Assembly (NCBI GenBank): GCA_051294375.1 | Contig: CM119268.1 | Coordinates: 20,316,531 to 20,380,530 of the forward strand | Origin: Paraspadella gotoi | Taxonomy: Eukaryota > Animalia > Chaetognatha | Direction: 5' to 3' | Length of the DNA stretch: 64,000 nucleotides | Part shown: positions 38,717 to 50,600 of the stretch, piece after piece | Position numbering within the stretch: the first letter of the stretch is position 1 | Layout of the letters: each line of letters opens with the position of its first letter | Program-made: the position numbers and the translations under genes | The notes under the pieces: generated by a model | Seen by the model: only the letters and a program-made list of their open reading frames with translations | The model's database searches: none | Told to the model about the DNA's origin: nothing

Positions 38717-41700
38717 GTAGGAACGGAGTCGTTTCCGGACGCGCGAAGCTTTTATGGTCATGACGTTCATTCGAGAGGGAATAGGATGATACACGCCGCG
38801 GTGGACAGACCGAGGAAGCCCACGAGGTCGAATCTTGCTTAGTCTTTACTCTTTAGTCTGGTCAAGATAGAAAATTAATCACCGAGATTTGTCGAGATTA
38901 ACAAGAGGCTCTTAAAAGACGTCCTTGCGCTAGGTTTTGAAAAAAATTGCTATTTCATAGACGAGAATCTCGCTTAAAAAAAAATTCAACATTTTTCTAA
39001 TAGAGAATTCCGTTCAAATCTGACTACCCAAATTGCAAACGCGTTTGCCAGAAATTCAGTTAAAAAACACTTGTAAAAACACACGATTCCGAGAGCGTTA
39101 CATCTGAAGAGCTTGTCCTATTCGTTTTATGGCATTTGATAAAGGATTTAATATCAAACAAGCCAGGGGAAATGCACTACTCCTCTCCGGAGAATTTTCA
39201 AACCTCATTTTTACTATAGAAATGAAAGGGAAAGTTTACAAACTTAAAATTGCAAACGGGATTGCTATATGTTCCTGTTACATGAGCGACTTCGAATTTC
39301 GCGATTCTGATAGCTTTGTCTGAAGAGCTTGTCCTATTTTTCTTTTTATAATGATTTTGACATAAAATGATCAGCGTTTAAATGAAATAGTCCAGTTTGA
39401 ATCGCGAAATTTTATTTAAAAAGAAATTAAAAGGAAGGTGATAAAAAAACTGATTTTTCCTAATATCTTTTGAAGGAATAAAGATAAAGGGATAGCAATA
39501 GTACCAAAATGAAGCCATAATCATAGGGCACATACAAGATACAATTTTAGAATTACTTATGCTGAAACTTCTTACAGGGTGAGTGTCAAACTAAGTCAAA
39601 ATTATAATGAATTTTAAAACTAATGATACCCCATAAGAATAAATGAAAATTTAATTCTTTTTAATGATTCTGAAAGAAAAAGGCTAAATTGTACTCTAGT
39701 TAGATATGTCGCTCCGCGCTGAGAAAAAAATCCGAAAGAACGAAGCGGTTTCTGATAATTTTGGTTCCTTGCAATTTTTGCACCAGTAGCGCAGTAAATA
39801 TTACAAAACCATGGATGATTTCTGAAACTGCAGTGTTTGGGCTATCCAACGCCGCCGGAACAAAGATAATCCATAAAGGTCTTGACTAAAAAATACTGAA
39901 AATAAACACGGCGCTTAGTCTAAATTCTTTTTAATTTTTTTTTATTTTGCGGTATTTACTGTATAAGTCAAATAAATATACAGCAGTCATACACTGATTC
40001 CGATTCTGTTGGGTTTCGCCTAACTTTCAAGCACATAACGAAAAAAATAAATTGACGTCATAGTAAGAAATAATAGAAATTAATCAAAATTTTTTTCTCA
40101 AAATTTGTTGTCATTTTTGTTTCTTACTGTTTTTGCCAAACATGCCCTTTAAAATTATAAAAATTAGGATTAGCTAATGAAACTACAATGTCTTAGGTAC
40201 ATTTCGTTGCCGCGAACAAAGAAAATTCATTGATATCATAGTATCAATATGGAGCCTTGAAATAACTCATTTTCTTTTTCAATTTACCCCTTTATTGATA
40301 AAAGCCTTGTATTATAATAAAAAATAAAAACAACAATTTTACCATGCAGCTACATAAATTAGCGTGTTATTAAAAGATTGTAAAATGTTATATTAATATA
40401 GCTAATGGGCATTATGCAAAGGTTTTAATTTGCACCTGAAGATGACAAAAATTTAAAAATCTGATAATACAGTCTTTTAGCCCTATGTCAGTATTTTTAA
40501 ATCAGCCGGAACAAAGTTTGAACTCCTATATTTTCATATTTAAATCATATGTTTTTTAAGGTTCCTACATGAATCTTTTAAATTGGTTTGTTTTTCAACA
40601 AAATGATAATTCATTATCCTTAGTAATTATATATAACATTTGAAGTATAGAAAATTTTTGTTAATATCAGAAACATAATTCAATTTTCTCTTTCAGAATC
40701 TGTATTCATTTATTTTTTTAAATACGGCCAAGTGTGTTTAATTTAATTTCAAAAGTTGTTATACTTTTGACTAAGATTCCGATCTAGATTTTTAAAAAAT
40801 CCTTTGAAACATTTGAAAAAAATTATATGGAAAAGATGCCCCATAATTATGGCTTTAATATGATACTAGTCTCATCGTTCTATCATTTTTAGTTCAAAAG
40901 ATATCAAAGAAAATCAATTTTTTTATTACCAATTAGGTCACTCGGCCGAAGCTAAAATTTAAGTGGAACCAAAAAGAAAATTTAACGAACGCAGATTTGT
41001 TTTAAAAATTGGGCGTGGAAAATGACCATTTTTTGTAGATTATTTTTCAACGCGTGGGTCGATTGATTTGAAATGTTACATCAACAATATTGACATCATT
41101 TCCTATCGATCGATATAAAAATATATAGGATAATACCACAAACGCGAAACTACATGCATATCTACTCTAGTAAAACTTTAAAGTTTTTTGGATAAAGAAA
41201 ATGTGAATTTTTTGTCACTTCAATATTTGCTTGTCTGATTTTACAAGCATGCTTACAAAATTCTACAAAATATTATTTACCCCATCACAGCCTAAGTATT
41301 TATCCTTCTTTTCCACCAGCAAAAAGTAAACATTATCTTATTGAGAGAACAGGGATGTTTACTGAAAGGAGCCGGAAGCCATTCAACTTCTTCACTTTGT
41401 GTTATTTTTCAATAATAAAATAAGCGATTTTTTTAATTATTTAACTCTTGCAGGCTTCATAAGATAATATACTTTCATAATATCCCAATGTTAATGTAAT
41501 ATATTATATTTTTTACCCAGAAATTATAAAATAACAGAAAGTTGTGGATTCCCTTCGCTCGTTTAAGAAAAAAAAATTAACTAGAAGAATTATAAGTTTG
41601 TAAGAGGAAGTCAGAATCGGCGAAAATCTTAAAAGGCGAGAATGTTGAAAAAAAGGGGTGGAATTTTGATGAGTTTCCTAAGATTTCTCCACAATGTGAG

Positions 41701-43310
41701 GTCCGATTAAAGCAAAACTTGAGATTTACAATATTCCCGTCATTCCACATCTATCGATATAAAAATATAAGAAAAAAGTCACTGGCTTCTTTTTCTATAG
41801 CGGCTTCCTATATTTCATCAACCTTTAAACCTTTTAGTCAAACGACCCCACCTCGACATTTAAACTTCTCCGGACACTTCTACCGTCGAAAGAAACTCCT
41901 TCCTTCTTCTTTAATTCGCCGCGACATTGTAGTCTCCAATTGCCCATTGACTGAGAGTGTTGTCTGGTCTTCGACAAACGATTCCACCTGCATTTCTAAA
42001 CTAGGAGGGAGCAAAGATTGGTCGCCTTCCTACCCTTTGGGGCTGCCGTCCCCACCGGCGTTGCGAACTCCCGTGGCACTGCGATCCCCTCCGGTAGTGC
42101 GGTCCCCTTCGCTTGTTGGCTCTTCGATAATTATGCGGTCTGACGGAAGAAACAAGGTTCCGGCTTCAAGTCCCGACTTGAAAAAAGGTCCTGACTGAAG
42201 TTTAATTTTCTTTTTTGTGCGTAATGCGTTGCCTTTTTATCGTTTAAGTTAAATGCCCAAATTTTTTCTTCTTTTTCTGCAGCGATACATGACAGCAACT
42301 CCTCAACGACTTTTGCTTCTTTTTTGCGAAAGACTAGGGTTCGTATTGGCACAGAGTTTTGATAATAAAACGAATTGTTATTTTCTTTTATGTTTGTTTA
42401 ATTTCCTGTTAAAAAATGATTAAAAATATGAGCGTCTGTTTTTTGCTGTGGTTTTGCACATAAGTGGCGTCGTCGTCGGCGGCGTTCCAAATTATAGATC
42501 GCCTTTTTTATGATTAAATTTGGGTGTATAAAGCTGAAAATTTATATAAAGCTTATCATCGATCGATGTGCTTAAAATTGAGTCAGGACAGTTATTAAAT
42601 ATGTTTTGTTTACGTTTTATCAAAACAAACAAATTTTCTCTATTTTATTTTTATATTTCTTTCTCTCTCTCTTTTCCCTAGTCACTGATTCATCGGGAAA
42701 AAAACGAGTCTGCAGCTGGCTCTGCAGCGGCTTATTCTTTTTCTTTCTTTTCTCCTGCTGCTTCTGCCGCTGCCTTTGAGTCTGCAGCTGGCTCTGCAGG
42801 GGCTCTCTCTTTTTCTCTCTTTTCTCCTCCTGCTGCTGCTTTTTGATTTCTTTATGAAATTGGTACAACCAATATAAAAATTATCCATTCATTTAATAAA
42901 TAAGCTATCTTGCCCCTGACTTTGGACAGGCTTTGGTGGTTTAAGGCCTCCATCACTCTTACAAGATAATGACATTGCAGGTCCCTGCAAGTTTTCAATC
43001 AAGACTCTCTCACAGTCTTGTTTATTCACTCCCAGAGTACCTGGCTTCCCTATCAATGAAGTGGAAAATATTTCAAAGAATGTTTCAATTGTATGAAAAG
43101 ACCACTCCCTTAAGTATTAGATCGGGGAATACTTATTGTACTCCGCACTAGCATCAAAATACAAGGAGCTGAATTTTATGAAATTGGTACAACCAATATA
43201 AAAATTATATATATATATTTTTTTCTCTCTTCTCTCTCTCTGCGTTTTTATTTACAAAAAAATTGAATTAGGATTGAACTCGTAAAATTAGGCATCGCAT
43301 TCGTGCATGT

Positions 43311-43573
43311 TGTGGCGGTATATTCATTTTTCATTATTCACACCGCCTCACGTCCACCATCCTTCAGCCAAATCCTTTGGCTCAGAGGGGGAACACACCA
43401 TCCCAGGCGTAGTGTTCCAACCACAGTCCTAACGACTTCCCTCTGCGTTGGCAAACCGAGACCATCCTAGAATAACCGCGCCAGTGACTGGAGGCGTCAC
43501 TGAGGGTTAAAAGCCCCCAAAGCCAACATGCCCCATCCCAATGGGCATCACAGGCAACCCGGCTGTTGCCATA
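43311..43573 (+). mobile_element. Solo LTR, family 3 (degenerate twister), inserted in a DINE-like element
   Basis: Homologous to 32255-32509. The 4-bp TSD ATGT restores the host sequence GCATGTTATC. Confidence 0.85.
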
Positions 43574-44254
43574 ATGTTATCATTTTGCTATCGTGCTGAT
43601 GCTTTTCGCGCGGAAAAAGAAGTGACGCGTCTGTCGGCACAGCAGCACTTCGACGGGGACCCGCAGCGGCGGGGCGGACGATGCTGCAGCGCTGCACCAA
43701 AAAAAGATACTTTTTCGATGGTTTTTTGTTTTCGTTTTTTTCTGATGCACTGCGCGGTAGTCTCGCCTTTAGTGAGACAAAAGGCATTTGTGGGGGGGGG
43801 GTTCGATCAAGAATCGTGATTCCATTTGGAGTCTAAGATTTTGCTATGCAACATCGGCTTTTTATTTCTTTTTTTTTTCAGGGGCTGCATCTGCTGATTA
43901 GTTTATTTTTAAAATTGATTTAGGAAAAACAGTTTTCTATACATAATAAAATTGATTTAAATTAACAATCGCAAAATCGAATTTTTCTTTGTTTACAAAT
44001 TTATTTATTTGACAATGACAAAAAAAAATTTTTCATTTTTTTTATTTATTTATTTTGTTTTTCAGAAACTATAACTATAATTTTCCTCGGTACTTTAATA
44101 TTTTTTTTAATTGACAATCGCAAAATGTAATTTTTATTTCTGTTTATAAATTAATTTTCTTTTCTCAAATTTTATTTTTTTTAGTATCAAAATTTTTCGT
44201 CAATCCAGATTTTTCTTATGCGATAGCCACGATCCTTATGCTTTTAAGATTTTT

Positions 44255-44374
44255 TTCTTTATCTCTCTCTTTCTTTCTCTCTCTCTTTCTTTCTCTCTTT
44301 ATCTCTCTTTCTTTCTGTCTTTATCTATCTCTTTCTTTATCTATTTCTTTCTTTTTATCTCTTTTTTTTCTTTT

Positions 44375-44418
<44 letters not shown>

Positions 44419-44595
44419 TTTTTCTTTTTTTCTTTTTTTCTTTTTTTCTTTTTTTCTTTCTTTCTCTCTCTCTCTCTCTCTTTTTTTTTCTTTCTTTCTT
44501 TCTCTCTTTCTATCTCTCTTTCTTTCTTTCTCTCTTTCTTTCTCTCTTTTTCTTTCTTTCTTTCTCTCTTTTTCTTTCTTTTTCTTTCTTTCTCA
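44255..44595. repeat. CT-rich low-complexity/microsatellite tract
   Basis: Mixed (CT)n/(CTTT)n. Confidence 0.9.
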
Positions 44596-44788
44596 TCCAC
44601 ACCCTGTTTTTCTTGATAGTTTATTGATTGAGTATTTAATGATTTTAATCGTTTAAATTTTGTTTTACCGTGAAATCCTTTTTTTGCTCGTTATTTTTTT
44701 TATTTACTTTTCACATTACTTAAACCGGCCTAGTAAACAAAATTTGCATTTCCACCTGGCAATTTATTTACCATTTAATCATAAACAG

Positions 44789-46033
44789 CGACGTCTCGCC
44801 TGCCGCTCCAAGTCGACTTTCAACGAAGACGACGACTCAGTCAGCGAAGACTATCGCTCGTCGCCGAAAGAAAATCAGCGGAAAAGAGTCGAACCCTTGG
44901 ACGCTCGAAAAGGAGACCTCCTGCGACGGGTGCACACCACGAAACCCAGACCCTCTGCCAGTAAAAACAGAGCCAGTATGGCGAAGGAGAGAACGAGTTC
45001 GAAGATGTCGCGAATCACCTGGGGCGAAATCGAAGAGGACAGGGTCTACCTCAAGTATCAAGCCAAAGAGGGAGGACGACTTTACGTTAATGGGAAGGAC
45101 CTGAAGACCCTCAAGCGCGGACACCTTATTAACGACAGCATTATTGACTTTTATCTGTGTTACTTAGGTATGGAGATCGGAGTACTTGTAATTTGTTTTA
45201 TCTTTGCATTTATTCTTAACTGACGAATTTCGGATATGCCTCGTTTTCAGTCAACGACTGCCTTCCCTTGTCATCCCGCATCCACGTCTTTAGCAGCTTC
45301 TTCTTCAAGCGTCTCGTCTCCAAAAACAACCGTTCAATCGCCGACGACTTGACGACTTCGGCTCGACGCCACGCGGGCGTCAAGAACTGGACCAAGGACG
45401 TGGACGTCTTCGAAAAAGATTTTTTGGTCGTGCCCGTCAATCGAGGAATGCATTGGTTTCTCATTATCGTTTGTCTAAAAGAGAGATCCAGGGAGACTTC
45501 CTCGTCCGGCGACGAAGCCATCGCGGCGCCCAATCTCTTCGCCCCCGTGGCTTCGGCGCCCAGAGGGTCCTACCCTTGCATCGTCATCTTCGACTCGCTC
45601 GGGGCGCATTCCGGCGCCACCGACTACTGCGCGTCCGTCATTCGGTCTTATTTGGAGGAAGAGTTTAAGAGGAAACACGTCGGGGCTGAGAATGAGAGGG
45701 ATTTTCGGAGTGAGTGAGGGGGGGGGGCAAGGGAAGGAACTGATTGTGGGCAAAGTTTTGGAAGGGGGGAGCGGAAATTTGAACAGAAACACCATTTCTT
45801 TCTCAGCGACTCTACCCTGGTATTCGCCCCGCCTCCCCCTCCAATCCAACGGCGTCGACTGCGGAGTCTTCGTCCTCCATTACGCCCAACTCTTCCTCCA
45901 ACAGCCCTTCAAAGATCCGGCGGGAGATCATCGTCGCTGGTTCGACTCAGCCGATGTCGCCCTCAAGCGGGCGGAGATCGCCCGACTCATTATGGATTTG
46001 GGCGGCGAAGGTGGAGGAGCTGCTCGGGCTTAA
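44789..46033 (+). CDS. Ulp1/SENP-family SUMO protease (peptidase C48), SENP6/7-like; 3' exons
   Basis: Exons 44789-45167, ~45251-45709 and ~45807-46033 join in frame. Motifs INDSIIDFYL, HVFSSFFFKRL, VKNWTKDVDVFEKDF, HWFL (His), FDSLG (Asp), QSNGVDCGVF (Cys). Confidence 0.9.
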
Positions 46034-47619
46034 CCCTTTCTCGTCCGTTGTTGAATCCCCTATGAGTCTTGCTCTTGTGTTTTGGGTCAATAATTTATAG
46101 ATTAATAAATTATCGGCGTTGATTTGAAATAGTTTTGAAAGACGAAATCTCTATACTATGTTTTTCGTTGCAATATATTTACATATTAATCGTATAACGC
46201 TCTAGTAAGTTTTATCATTTAAATGTCGATTCGGTTGAAAATCTATTTCGCTTAAATTATAGCCATTAGTCGTAATCTATTTGAATCTGAAATGAATAAA
46301 CGTTGGTAAATTTAGTTCCACCCCCGTTTTCATTTTATTTAGTTTAGCTAGTTATACGTATATAATAAAATTCGAATGAATTTCTATTTTTGGAAAAAAA
46401 ATCGTCAAATCTTTTAAGCTCGCTTGCTGCTGAGATAACTTAGAACTCGGAGTTAAGTGATGTAACGGGATCTCTCTCTTCAGTTGGTTACAACATTTCT
46501 TACAAAATGTTCGTTAAGTTGAAAATGAATAGAAGGTAAGGTTGAAGAGAGAGAGAGAGAGAGAGAGAGAACGAACACGAGCCTAAAAGTGTTTGGCAGG
46601 TAGGGAAGAAATCCTCCACTCAGGTTCGAGGTAAAAAAAATCATGACTATCGCCTACGTTCTATTCCATTTTAATTTCATCATGACTACTAAAAAAATCT
46701 GATTTTCTTTTGATTGAATAAAAAAAATCGGTTATGTCCCGATTTTGGACCTCTATAAATAGACCAATTCCGCCATCGAACGACAGAGCCGAACTGTTTT
46801 TATTTTAGCGACACGCGATCATCCTTTGAAAAAAAAGTCGACGACGAAATAACCTTTGCAAGATTTTCGATTCGCGCAAATATTTGACGACCAAGACGAC
46901 TTAAAGACCCCATCGTAACAATTTCGACCCGGACGGAATAAAAATAAGCGTGTACGAGACGGCGGACGCTTTTTTTTCCTTTTTGCCGTGTCTCGACTTT
47001 CTTGAGTCGGTGTACGTTGAAAGCCTCGACCCAACCCGCCGATTCCAATTGCGTGACGGGGCGGACGACGCGGGCTCAATCCGGGTTCATCCACTTTTTT
47101 TTACCTGGGATTCCATTCTATTCCTTCAAAGAGAGAGAGAGAGAGATGGTGGATGCTAAAACTCTCCCAACCCTCATCGCTCGGCGTCCTTGATTTCCCC
47201 CCCCCTATTCTTTCCATAGACGTCGTCCCTGACTCATGACCAGCGCAGTTTTTTCAAGGTTAACTGCGCCTTAAATGAGCGAAAGGGAAAAAAATAAATT
47301 GGGAAAACAAATCGGCGGATCCATTCTAGTTTGAATCTCGACCTCAAAACCGGATTCATTTGACGACGAATCAAAACCGTTGAGTTTTCTCCTTTGCTGC
47401 TGCTGCTGCTGACTCGCTCAGTGACTTACCCGCCTGATAACTGTTTTTTTAATCGTCGCAGAGTAGATTACGCAATTAGATATTCTCACTTATTTTTACG
47501 ATACGACACGAAACGAAATTAAAGGAGAAATGCCACAATAAAATTAAATCTACGTATAACGAGAACGACCCCCAGGGCACACACCAGGTCCCACCTCCGT
47601 TTTTCCTTCGAGAAACGAG

Positions 47620-50600
47620 ATGACGAGCCAACGCTCGACCCTCGTCGACCACGACGAGCTCGCCGAACTCGCCGACGACGAGCAGGTGTATCGAAACCAA
47701 GACGGACAACCACCTCCGGTTCTTCAAGTAAGAAAAATCAGATCGTCTCAGTAACGAGTAATGACAATTGTAAAATTACAGTCCTGTGCAAGAAAATCCT
47801 AAATAGCACGTGTTTCATTCATGAATTCAAACAAATTTTAATTGGTTAATAGAGCTCCGGAGATAATATAAAATTTCTCATTATAAAATTTTTTTTTAAA
47901 TCTTAAAATTTTTTGATGTATTCTGATAGAGCATAAAAAGTTAAACATGAAATATAATTACATCTTTTAAAAATTCTTACATTTTCTAAGTGAAAATAAA
48001 AAAAACTGATAAAATCATTGAAAGATGATGATTTTTTATGGTTTTTCTTATTTTTGACTCATCATGAAAATATTTGAAAAAGAAATATAATTTGTGCAGA
48101 CAACTTTTTATGAGCTATCTGAATCTGGTCTTAAAATTTAAAAATTATCAAAACAAATTTTGGCCTTTCCTGTCTATAATTAAATATTTAAAAAATAATT
48201 ATTTGGGTATAGAGCCATAAAAATTTAGACATTTTTAAGGATACTTTCAATGGACAAAAAAATTTTAATATGGCTCTATACCCTAGTAATTCATTTTTTT
48301 AATATTTATAGATATTTATAGATATTTATAGAATTTTTAAATTTTAAGACCAGATTAAAATAGCTCATAAAAAGTTGTCTACACAAAGTATAATTCTTTT
48401 TTAAATATTTTTACGATAAGTGTGTCAAAAATAAGAAAAACCGTGAAAAATCATCATCATCTTTCGATGATTTTATTAGTTTTTTATATTTTCACTTAAA
48501 AAACGTAAGAATTTTTAAAAGATGTAATTATATTTCTTATTTAACTTTTTATGCTCTATCAGAATCCATCAAAAAATTTTAAGATTTAAAAAAATTTTTG
48601 TTTTGTTTTATATAGTAATATAATATTTTTAATTAGGCTAGTACCCTCAGAAGAAAGCATTTTTGATAAAAAATACTTTAATACCATAATCTATGGTCAT
48701 GATAGATTATTTTAACGCTGTATACATTAGCATTTAAATTTCATCGGCTATGGCTATTGAAAGTACACTTCAAAATGTATAAATTTTCGTTTGAGCATGT
48801 AATCATTCTAAATTTTTGCCTCACACCATTGAGTGGGGCGATGTGAAAATAATATTTTTTTTTAAATTTAAATTTAGTTTTCAAAATGAAAATTTTAAAA
48901 TTTCAAGAACGGATTTGGATTCTTTGCAAAAAGTTAATATAAGAAAATATAATTATTTTTTGAAAATTATTTTATTAAGTTGATCAAAAATATAAAAAAG
49001 TATAAAAGTATATATAAACGCTGATTTTTAATTTTCTGTTAAAAAATATAGTTTTTTATAATTTTAACCTACTTCATGATATAATTTTTATTATTTTCTC
49101 TCTTTTCGTTGCTAAGTGAATATTAGGAATTGTTTTTTGTTTGCCAATACAACGATTTTTATATATATATAAAAATCGTTGTATTGGCAAACAATAAACA
49201 ATTCCTGATATAATTTTTAAAAAATATTTACATTTTCCTTTATCAACTTTTTATGAAAAATCTGAATGTTCTTAAAAAACACTTTTAAAATTTTAACATT
49301 ATATAAGGGTAATATTATATACAAAATAAGCTGATTGGGCTATAATATGTATAAAAAAAATTATAGATTAGTATTTATTAATATGATAGTTTTCAAGATA
49401 TATCTGCTAAATTTTGATTTCAAACTTTTACTTCATTCTATGGTTAATGTAGATTTTTAAAAGTAGTATTTATATGTGTAAGTTAAAAAAAATAGGTCTA
49501 GCAACCGAAAGACAAATGGTCAAAATAAAAAAATGGGGGGAAAAATATTTTAGAAGATCTACAGTCCTGTGTAACAAAAAGGATACCCAAAAACATTATA
49601 AAAATAAATCACGTTAGATTTTTTTTAAAATAAAAGATATTATAAATGAATAATAGAGAGTCCGGACTTGAATCTTACCCCCCCCCATTTACCCCATACG
49701 CACAATTGTTTTACAACATTTAATTTTTTATCGCAGAAGAATCGTTAAGGATTTTTCTATCTTTTGGATTGTATTTAGTTTTGCTATATCGAAAAACATT
49801 AGTATGGGAAGCAACCGAAAACCAGCAGTCATGTTTGCTCCACGCCGAAATATTTAAAAATTGACTATATAAATATTTTCATTCCTGCAAAAGTTACAGT
49901 GATCAACCTTATGCGTTTCTTTATGGTGGTTTTGAGAGAGTACGGTTCATAGATTTCTCAAATAAAAAATCGGAGACCTGACGTTATTCTAACTAAATTT
50001 ATTACTACAAATTTTTACAGCATAAACAAATTAATACCGCAGCATTTACTAACATTTGTGATAATAAAAAAATATTCTGGATATGACCCCATCTAAGCAT
50101 TTTTAAGGGAAAAATACCATAATATTCATAAAAGGGAAATTTTAAAAAATTATAAATTATATTATCTACCTCTGTAACTTTTGTAATTAATTAGATAAAG
50201 AATTTGTACCTTGTGGGACTATTAAAAATGGAATTCTCAACTAAAATTAAAAATTTAAATCTTAAAAGAAAATTGAAGCTGCAGTATGCTGCAGTAACTT
50301 GAAGTACCATACAATTACCGGGATTAGGTCCCTGACTTATAAACCAACGATCTATGTTATTTATACAACATAATATACTTAGTTACTAGAATAAAATAAG
50401 ATTTCTTTTAATATAATTTCTCCAAATTTTGGCCTCAGGGCATTATGCCCTATATAATACAGTATCTAAATTCATTTGGATATTGCAGTATGGGGCGAAT
50501 TTAATGTAACTCTCAACAGTACTTGTAACCGTAATTACATCAATCTCGACCCATACACAGTGATACCAAGAAAGTAAAGATTTTTCATATCGTCTACTCG

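Noticed and set aside
39103-39340. Duplicated CTGAAGAGCTTGTCCTATT as a hammerhead core
   Set aside because: No stem II or GAAA-stem III-NUH arrangement follows; likely an internal repeat of a transposon fragment.
44238-44627. Phe/Leu/Ser-rich and Lys/Glu/Arg-rich ORFs
   Set aside because: They derive from a CT microsatellite.
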